A DNA stretch of 64,000 bases from Desulfovibrio sp. (lineage in GTDB: Bacteria; Bacillota; Dethiobacteria; DTU022), in contig JAGUZX010000026.1 in assembly GCA_020060545.1 (NCBI GenBank), positions 16,788 to 80,787 on the forward strand, written 5' to 3'. The notes below the pieces were generated by a model that ran no database searches, was not told the origin of the DNA, and saw only the letters and a list, made by a program, of their open reading frames with translations. A program made the translations under genes and the position numbers. Below, one piece after another: positions 55,205 through 64,000 of this stretch. Position 1 is the first letter of the stretch; every line of letters begins with the position of its first letter.

Positions 55205-56683
55205 CTAACACGCCTCTTTGCGGTGTGAGATTTTTTGCCGCAGGATCTCGCCGGTGATTTTTTCTTTTTCCAGGACATAATGCGCAATTTCCAAAATCAG
55301 CTCCTTTTGCCTGGCCAGTACGGCGGAAACCCACTGCTCCTGCGCACCGATAATCTGCTGGATGCTCCGGTGCAGGATTCCCCTGGGCAAATCCTTAATG
55401 CTGACTACGCCCAGGGATGACAAACCGGCGCCGATGATCCTCTTTGCCAGCTCTACCGCCTGGTTGAAATCTGCGGCGGAGCCGGTGCTCCGGTTACCCA
55501 GCAGCAGCGTTTCACTGACGGCGCCGCCCAGCAGGACGGCGATCTGCTGCTGTAGATGGTCACCGGTATAGATATAATAGTCGCGCTCCGGCTGCTGCCG
55601 GATATAGCCCAGCGCCTTGCCCCGGGGAGTAATGGTTACTGTCGAGATGGAGCCCGGCTTAATCGCTTCGCTGACCAGGGCATGGCCGGTTTCATGGACG
55701 GCGATGCGCCATAGCTCCTCCCGGCCGGGCTTCCTTTCCAGCTTTTCACCCATAATAACCTTGTCGATTGCTTCCAGAATATGCTTTTCCAGGATCCGGG
55801 TTTGTTTTTCGCGCATCGCCAAAATGGCGGCCTCATTGGCCAGGCTCTCCAGGTGCGCCCCGGAAAAACCGAAGGTTTCACGGGCTATCTTCGCCAGATC
55901 GACCGCTTCGTCAACCGGCTTATTCTTCAGGTGCAGTTTCAGAATCTGCTCCCTCCCTTCCAGGTCAGGCAGATCAACCTGGACAATCCGGTCAAACCGC
56001 CCGGGGCGGAGCAAAGCGGAATCAAGCGCCTCAGGCCGGTTCGTGGCGCCGATCACCAGGATATTGATCTCGTCGTTTCCGCTCAGGCCGTCCATCTCGA
56101 CCAGCAGTTGGTTCAAGGTCTGGTCGTATTCCAGGTGGCTGCTGTGGGTGCCCCTTTTACCACCCAGGATATCCATTTCGTCAATAAAAAGGACGGCGCT
56201 TTTTTTGTTTTCACGCCGGGCTTTGCTGCGGCACGAGCTGAAAAGCTGCCGCACCCGCTGGGCCCCTACCCCGGCGTACATTTCTATAAATTCGCTGCCG
56301 GCTACGCTCAAGAAAGATGAATCGGTATAACCGGCGGCGGCCTTGGCCAGCAAGGTCTTGCCGGTGCCGGGCGGGCCGACCAGCATAACCCCTTTCAGGG
56401 GGCGGATGCCCATATGGCTGATATCTTGCGGTTTCAGCACGAAATCGAGCGCTTCCAGCAGCTCTTTTTTGGCCACCTCCTGCCCTCCGATCTGGTTGAA
56501 ACCGATCTGTTTTCGGCCGGGTTTTTCTCTACCCAGCGCATTAAAGCGCGGCGTTTTTAGATTGGAAAAACGGAACAGGACCAGGAACAGGCCGGCCAGC
56601 AGAACCAAAGGGATAAAGCCGGATTGGTGCCACATCAAAATCACGATCAACGCCGCCGCCAACCCGATCAGAACATCGCGCAT
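55205..56683 (-). CDS. FtsH-family AAA+ zinc metalloprotease paralogue lacking the usual periplasmic domain
   Basis: 492 aa; 2 TM, Walker A GPPGTGKT, Walker B FIDEMD, SRH region (…GATNRPEALDSALLRPGRFDR…), M41 HEXXH (HETGHAL). Confidence 0.75.
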   Translation of the reverse strand: MRDVLIGLAAALIVILMWHQSGFIPLVLLAGLFLVLFRFSNLKTPRFNALGREKPGRKQIGFNQIGGQEVAKKELLEALDFVLKPQDISHMGIRPLKGVMLVGPPGTGKTLLAKAAAGYTDSSFLSVAGSEFIEMYAGVGAQRVRQLFSSCRSKARRENKKSAVLFIDEMDILGGKRGTHSSHLEYDQTLNQLLVEMDGLSGNDEINILVIGATNRPEALDSALLRPGRFDRIVQVDLPDLEGREQILKLHLKNKPVDEAVDLAKIARETFGFSGAHLESLANEAAILAMREKQTRILEKHILEAIDKVIMGEKLERKPGREELWRIAVHETGHALVSEAIKPGSISTVTITPRGKALGYIRQQPERDYYIYTGDHLQQQIAVLLGGAVSETLLLGNRSTGSAADFNQAVELAKRIIGAGLSSLGVVSIKDLPRGILHRSIQQIIGAQEQWVSAVLARQKELILEIAHYVLEKEKITGEILRQKISHRKEAC

Positions 56684-56686
56684 CGC

Positions 56687-57223
56687 TTATGCTCCTTCCC
56701 CATCAGGACGGTTTAACGGGATCAGCTGGTAAAGGTAAGCGCTTCCGTCGCGGGCCTGCAGGTAGAGGTAATGATAGTCGACCGAAAACTGAACTTCGGC
56801 CAACCCGTAAGCCGCGGCGGTCAAATGAATCGTCTCGCCCACCGAACGGTAGTTGCCCAATTTTGCCGCTTCATAAAGATCCGGGCTGACGGCCCGCGCA
56901 AAGGAGTCCAGCCTGCCGTTGCGCTCATCGGTGACCTGAATTAAAAACGGCTTTTGTTTATGTTCTTTCGCCAGCTCCCAGATCTCTTCCACAACTTCCT
57001 GCAGCGAACCGGTGTACCGGGCGCTCGTTTCAATTACCAGGATAGGAGACCCGTTTTCCCGGATTAGCACCGCATCTTCAACGCTTTCCATGCGGCGCAG
57101 CGCGCCGATGAAAGGCTCCATCATTAAAAAACGCTGGCGGTAATAACTAAAACCAAAAAAAAGACCCAGCGCCAGCAGCGCGGTAGTAATTATAACAGGC
57201 CAGCGATACTCCGCCATCAGCAA
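56687..57223 (-). CDS. hypothetical N-terminally membrane-anchored protein, translationally coupled to FtsH-like gene
   Basis: 178 aa; one TM helix; stop 4 nt upstream of FtsH-like start; no known motif. Confidence 0.4.
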   Translation of the reverse strand: MLMAEYRWPVIITTALLALGLFFGFSYYRQRFLMMEPFIGALRRMESVEDAVLIRENGSPILVIETSARYTGSLQEVVEEIWELAKEHKQKPFLIQVTDERNGRLDSFARAVSPDLYEAAKLGNYRSVGETIHLTAAAYGLAEVQFSVDYHYLYLQARDGSAYLYQLIPLNRPDGEGA

Positions 57224-57308
57224 ACCCGCTCCCTTGTTTACATAATGCTATTCAATTATACCAAAGAAGTTTTCCCGCAGCAACAGCGAGGTTTTTCCTA
57301 TTGTTTGA

Positions 57309-58688
57309 TTAGCAGTCCGGTTCTTGAATAAAATAAGGTTCGCTTCCCCAAAGGTCGTACGGTGAAGCGGCGCTCACTTGAAGCGAAAGCCAGCTTCCCG
57401 GTTTGATCGGGTGAGCGGAGCGGAAATAGATCCGGCCGTCCACCCCGGGAGCCTGGTGCTGGGTGCGCCCCCAGTACAGGTTCGGGGCGCGGCGGGAAGC
57501 CCCCTCTGCCAGGACGGTAACTCTGGACCCGATCAGCCTGCGCTGCAGCGCCGCCGCTATTCTTTGCTGTGCCTCCATCAGCGCCCGGCGGCGTTTTTCG
57601 CCGACCCGTCGGGGTGGCTGTCCCGGCATGATCGATGCCGGGGTCCCCTGCTGGGGGGAATAGGCAAAAACGCCGACCCGCTCAAAGGGATGTTCGTGCA
57701 AAAAAGAGCTCAGCTCATGGAATTGCCGCTTCGATTCGCCGGGAAAGCCGACCATGTAGGTGGTGCGCAGGGCCAGATCCGGAATTTCACGGCGCAGCCG
57801 GTTTACCAGGGATATCACCTCTTCCCTGGTATAGCAACGCCCCATTTTTCGCAGCACTTCGCTATTGACATGCTGCAACGGCAGGTCCAGGTATTTGCAG
57901 ATCCGCGGTTCCAGGGCGATGATTTTAATCAACTCGCCGGTAAGGCGTGTTGGATACGCATAAAGCAGCCGCAGCCAAAACCGCCCTTTCACGGCAAGTA
58001 TCTCTTTTAAAAGACCCGCCAGGTCCGGCCCGCTTTCGCTGTCGCCCCCATAAGCGGTTGTATCCTGGGCGACGAGGTTAATCTCGCGGGCGCCCCGTCC
58101 TAAGAGCAGCTCTACTTCGCTGACAATGTCCGGCGCCGAACGGCTGCGGTACGGCCCGCGCAAGGAGGGGATTACGCAGTAGTGACAGCGGTTGCTGCAG
58201 CCTTCGGCGATCTTCACGTAAACGCTGTGCGGGGCGGTAGTCACCAGGCGCGGCCCCAGTGAAGCATATGCGGCCCCTGGAGGTTCCAGCAGGAGCTCAC
58301 GTGAACCGGCCCGGCATCGCTTTAAGAATTCGACCAGGCCGTGATAGCTGTGCACCCCGATCACCCCGTTCAGTTCCGGAACGGTTTTAAGCAGTTCCCT
58401 GCCGTAACGCTCGGAAAGGCAGCCGCCGGCGATGATCAAAGTTTCTCCGCCCCGCCGCTCCCTGGCGTAGCGAAGGATGGTGTCGATGGACTCCTGCTGG
58501 GCCTCTTCAATAAAGGCGCAGGTGTTGACGAAAATAATCCCTGCTGCCGCCGGGTCTTCCGTTAGCCGGTAACCGCTCCTGGACAGCAGGCCGAGGATCT
58601 CTTCGGTATCAATCCGGTTCTTGGCGCACCCCAGGGAAACTGCGGCGACAAGCCTCTCTTTGCCGGCCTGAATCTTCAAGCAATACAT
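57309..58688 (-). CDS. rimO: ribosomal protein S12 methylthiotransferase RimO-like radical-SAM MTTase
   Basis: UPF0004 N-domain (…VSLGCAKNRIDTE…), radical SAM CSNRCHYC, C-terminal TRAM domain; start probably ATG 58688 (MYCLKIQ…), ORF track 58715. Confidence 0.75.
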   Translation of the reverse strand: MYCLKIQAGKERLVAAVSLGCAKNRIDTEEILGLLSRSGYRLTEDPAAAGIIFVNTCAFIEEAQQESIDTILRYARERRGGETLIIAGGCLSERYGRELLKTVPELNGVIGVHSYHGLVEFLKRCRAGSRELLLEPPGAAYASLGPRLVTTAPHSVYVKIAEGCSNRCHYCVIPSLRGPYRSRSAPDIVSEVELLLGRGAREINLVAQDTTAYGGDSESGPDLAGLLKEILAVKGRFWLRLLYAYPTRLTGELIKIIALEPRICKYLDLPLQHVNSEVLRKMGRCYTREEVISLVNRLRREIPDLALRTTYMVGFPGESKRQFHELSSFLHEHPFERVGVFAYSPQQGTPASIMPGQPPRRVGEKRRRALMEAQQRIAAALQRRLIGSRVTVLAEGASRRAPNLYWGRTQHQAPGVDGRIYFRSAHPIKPGSWLSLQVSAASPYDLWGSEPYFIQEPDC

Positions 58689-58778
58689 CCCTTTATGTGC
58701 CGTATTTCCAGTCAAGGCGTCCGGTCAAAATGCAAATTGGCCGCGCCTGTTTGGCTGTATTGGATAAGCCGCTGACTA

Positions 58779-59579
58779 CTATCGGAGGGAAAAAGAAAAA
58801 TTATGCGGCTGCCGGTGGTGCTGGACCGTTTCGATCTCAATTGCATTTACCGTCATCGCCACCCCTTCCGGGTTACCGATCCGGATCCAGATTTTTTGCG
58901 ACGCCGTGGCGGTCCATTCTTCTCCCCGCTTGAACATACGCTCGATCAGGGGAAAAGCGGCGCCGTCTACCTCGACGCGGATCCAGCACCAATCGTTGAA
59001 AGTCAGCTTCATCTCGATTTCGGAGACGCCCCGCACGCTATAAACGGTTTCGCCGGCGGCCATCGATTCAAGCGCAACTTCCGCCTGCGGTTCCGGCTCG
59101 GAATCGCCCGGCTTTGGCTCCCGGTCGTTTTGATCGTCACGCCAACCGTTATCTGCGGTGCCGCCCGGTTCAACGGCTGGACGCTGCCGGAAATAGCCGC
59201 CTCCCCACCAGATTGCCCCGACCAGCAGAGCAAGGACCAGGGCGGCTATGGCAGTGTTAAATGAAGGCTTTTTCCCTTCCACCCGGTAGCGGCGCGGCCG
59301 GGGCGGCGCCGGGGGCGGTTCGTCCTGCGCCTCACTAAAGCCGCCTCCCCGGAGACGGCGGTAAACGGCAAGGACATCTTTCGGGTCGAGGCCGACAGTT
59401 TCCGCATAGTTGCAGATCGTCCCCTTTAAATACACCTCGCCCGCAAACAAGGACAGATCGCCTTTTTCCAGGGCTTCCAGGTAACGTTTCTGGATTTTTG
59501 TCCGGTTGCTTATTTCGTCCAGGGTAATCTGTTTTTCCTGGCGGGCTTGCTGTAACAGCTCCACCAGCTCCCTCATCAT
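58779..59579 (-). CDS. rodZ: RodZ-like cytoskeleton protein (XRE HTH + TM + DUF4115)
   Basis: 266 aa; N-terminal HTH (…QITLDEISNRTKIQKRYLEALE…), Pro-rich linker, TM helix, C-terminal DUF4115-like beta domain. Confidence 0.7.
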   Translation of the reverse strand: MMRELVELLQQARQEKQITLDEISNRTKIQKRYLEALEKGDLSLFAGEVYLKGTICNYAETVGLDPKDVLAVYRRLRGGGFSEAQDEPPPAPPRPRRYRVEGKKPSFNTAIAALVLALLVGAIWWGGGYFRQRPAVEPGGTADNGWRDDQNDREPKPGDSEPEPQAEVALESMAAGETVYSVRGVSEIEMKLTFNDWCWIRVEVDGAAFPLIERMFKRGEEWTATASQKIWIRIGNPEGVAMTVNAIEIETVQHHRQPHNFSFSLR

Positions 59580-59612
59580 TGCCCTCCCCCTCGCTTAACT
59601 TCCGCCTGAATC

Positions 59613-61904
<2,292 letters not shown>

Positions 61905-62014
61905 TTTCCGTCCTCCTTCCCATATATTACCTGCCAGCTCTATTATACCCGATTATCGCATGACAAGCAAACAGCACTTATCAGCAGGCCGCCGGCAAAA
62001 TTCCGATTGCGCCG

Positions 62015-62794
62015 CTAGAGCAGAGAAGCGATTATGACCGCGACGCCGGCGATCCAGCAATAGTAGGCGAAATAATTGAATTTTTGCTGCTTTAGCACCT
62101 TGATAAAGACCTTGATCGCAACCACTCCGGCCAGAAACGCGGCCAGGCCCCCGGCGATATAATTGAGCAGCGCCGCCCTTTCAATTCCTAGCGCAACCAT
62201 CTCCCTGACCTCCAGCAGCGTGGCCCCGAAAATAACCGGGGCGGCCAGCATAAAAGAGTAACGGACCGCTGTAGCCCGATCCAACCCCCGCCACAGCGCC
62301 GCGGTGATCGTCGAACCGGAGCGGGAGATACCCGGAATAACCGCAAAACCCTGGAGCAGGCCGACCCAGAGCGCATCTTTGGGCTGCATCGCCGGAAGAT
62401 CCTTTTTACCCGCCGGCAGCACGGTGAGCAGCTTTAAAATACCGCCGGTAACCAGCAGCATCACCCCGACCACCAGGGTCGACTGAAATAAGATGGCGAT
62501 ATAGTTCCCAAGCAGCAGGCCGATCAAGGCTGTCGGAACAACCCCAACGGCGAGCAGGAAGAGCAACCGCCTCTGCCCGGCCTCCCGCAAGCGAAACAGG
62601 TTGATAAAATCACGCCCAAAGACCCAAAACACCGCAAGCAGGGTCCCAAAATGAAGCAGCACTTCCAGGGTTACCCCGGTTTCCTCTATCCCGAGCAGCT
62701 CCTGCAAGATGACCAGATGGCCGGAGCTGCTGACGGGCAAAAACTCCGTCAGGCCTTGTACCAAACCGAGTAAAATCGCTTCAAAGAAACTCAT
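62015..62794 (-). CDS. uppP: undecaprenyl-diphosphate phosphatase
   Basis: Start trimmed to MSFFEAILLGLVQGLTEFLPVSSSGHL (ATG 62794, GGGAGGGGG RBS); BacA family. Confidence 0.85.
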   Translation of the reverse strand: MSFFEAILLGLVQGLTEFLPVSSSGHLVILQELLGIEETGVTLEVLLHFGTLLAVFWVFGRDFINLFRLREAGQRRLLFLLAVGVVPTALIGLLLGNYIAILFQSTLVVGVMLLVTGGILKLLTVLPAGKKDLPAMQPKDALWVGLLQGFAVIPGISRSGSTITAALWRGLDRATAVRYSFMLAAPVIFGATLLEVREMVALGIERAALLNYIAGGLAAFLAGVVAIKVFIKVLKQQKFNYFAYYCWIAGVAVIIASLL

Positions 62795-62886
62795 TTTCCC
62801 CCTCCCGATTCTGCTTGATCTTTTATTTTTCTTTACCGTATAGCAATTATCCTGCCTCAAGCGCCACATAAAATAGTATGCAATAT

Positions 62887-63828
62887 TTACAATATTTTCA
62901 TACCGGAAGACGGGGTCCGCTCCATGAGGCGGGCCAGGACGGGGATAAGGGGAAGCAGGACCAGCGCACCCAGAAGATTGTAAAGCGTATGGGCATTGGC
63001 CACCTGGCGGGGCAGGGTCAGCGCCGTTTTTGAAGCCAGCAGCACCAGGTAAGGAAAAAAAGGCGCCGCCAGGAGCAGGCTGGCCAGGTTAAACAAGAAA
63101 TGTGACAGTGCCGCGGCGCAGGCCGCCCGGTTCATACCCACCGAAGCGACCAGAGCGGTCGTGCATGTCCCCAGGTCGGCCCCAATCAGCACGGCAACCG
63201 CGGCGGGCAAACCGATCGCCCCTTCCAGAGCCATGCCAATGACCAGGCCCATTACCGCGCTGCTGCTCTGCAGGAGCGCCGCCGCGAAAAAACCGGCGCC
63301 GACCCCCAGCCACGGCGCCTCGCCGGCGGCCCGGAGCGCAGCCGTGACCATATTGCTTCCGGCAAGGGCGGCGAGGGCGCCACTCATACCGTTGAGCCCG
63401 AGCAGCAGCAGGCCGAAGCCAAGTAAAGAAGCCGCCGGTTTGCGGATACTTGGCCGGCGCGCCAGGCAGAACAGCACGCTTAACGCGATCACCGGCAGGG
63501 CCAGCCGGTGCAGCTCAAACGAAAGCAGTTGCGCCGTGACTGTGGTACCTACATTAGCTCCGATGATTACGCCCATCCCCTGGGCCAGGTTAAGCAGCCG
63601 CGCATTGACCAGCCCCACCACCATCACCGAAGTGAGGCTGCTGCTCTGCAGGGCCGCCGTGACCAGGGCGCCCGCGACAAATCCTTTAGCGGGCGTCCCT
63701 ACCAGCTTGTGGAGCAGTTTTTGCAAGGCCGGCCCCGCGGACCGGGCCAGCGAGCGGCTCATCAGCCGCAGCCCAAAAAGAAAAAGGCCCAGGCCGGCCG
63801 CAGCGCTTATAACATTGTACCAGCTCAA
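62887..63828 (-). CDS. Na+/phosphate cotransporter family protein (NptA-like, PF02690 repeats)
   Basis: multi-TM with duplicated Na_Pi_cotrans motif (…ALQSSSLTSVMVVGLV… and …LLQSSSAVMGLVIGM…); likely TTG start 63828 after AAAGGAGGGG RBS (ORF track extends to 63882). Confidence 0.7.
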   Translation of the reverse strand: MSWYNVISAAAGLGLFLFGLRLMSRSLARSAGPALQKLLHKLVGTPAKGFVAGALVTAALQSSSLTSVMVVGLVNARLLNLAQGMGVIIGANVGTTVTAQLLSFELHRLALPVIALSVLFCLARRPSIRKPAASLLGFGLLLLGLNGMSGALAALAGSNMVTAALRAAGEAPWLGVGAGFFAAALLQSSSAVMGLVIGMALEGAIGLPAAVAVLIGADLGTCTTALVASVGMNRAACAAALSHFLFNLASLLLAAPFFPYLVLLASKTALTLPRQVANAHTLYNLLGALVLLPLIPVLARLMERTPSSGMKIL

Positions 63829-64000
63829 GGCTGTCCCCCCTCCTTTATTTTTACGCGGAGAAGGGGGAACATAGACTTTCACACTCCGGACAAGTGAACC
63901 AGCGGGCTTTCGCCTAGCCGCGCCGTTATCCCCTCCGGTGTCCCTCTGCGGGGGTTAAGCGGAGCGGGAGAATGGTCCCCGGCTGGAGGGCCGGGTCAAG

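Noticed and set aside
55617-56330. 237-aa plus-strand ORF antisense to FtsH-like gene
   Set aside because: Embedded antisense ORF with Ser/Arg-rich composition.
63161-63874. 237-aa plus-strand ORF antisense to Na/Pi cotransporter
   Set aside because: Ala/Pro/Arg-rich antisense translation; real gene on minus strand has clear transporter repeats.

Overview
The window is a 64 kb chromosomal segment from a high-GC (about 58-60%) Gram-positive spore-forming anaerobe. The gene set (spoVK, spoVS, SpoVB-like flippase, Firmicute-type LexA box, T-box leader, hflX-ynbB synteny) fits a Clostridia/Peptococcaceae-like organism. It is mostly conserved housekeeping DNA in long co-directional operons.

The + strand carries proC(partial)-proB-proA plus a short LeuA/NifV-family synthase, a phasin-like/ABC1(UbiB) kinase pair, ROK kinase, DedA, a DUF362 Fe-S protein with a small ferredoxin, miaB, a PBP transpeptidase, mutS-mutL-miaA-hfq, spoVK with a translationally coupled degenerate GTPase, a GGDEF/cupin-like/HD-GYP signalling protein, hflX-ynbB, CapA and a GT4 glycosyltransferase.

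The - strand carries lexA (with LexA box), a stand-alone leuA under a leucine (CUC) T-box leader, a tungsten-type aldehyde:ferredoxin oxidoreductase (AOR) with an acyl-CoA synthetase and a MoaD-like gene, tRNA-Gln(CUG) beside gltX, VanW, and Na+-pump decarboxylase subunits gamma/biotin-carrier/beta with no alpha subunit. After these comes a long array: dipeptidase, PHP, spoVS, an orphan gene, rny, recX, recA, thpR, a metallophosphoesterase, cinA, an FtsH-like protease, rimO, rodZ, ftsK, uppP and a Na/Pi cotransporter.

No CRISPR array, rRNA or intact IS element was seen. The most unusual parts are (i) a small AT-rich island-like patch (32.2-32.9 kb) with an orphan transposase-like HTH, palindromic operator-like sites and a holin-like 2-TM gene next to the AOR/CoA-ligase/MoaD module, (ii) a low-GC orphan gene in the ymdB position between rny and spoVS, (iii) the spoVK-GTPase coupling, and (iv) the GGDEF/HD-GYP protein with a cupin-like middle domain.

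All calls are made by eye from motifs and synteny; no database searches were run.
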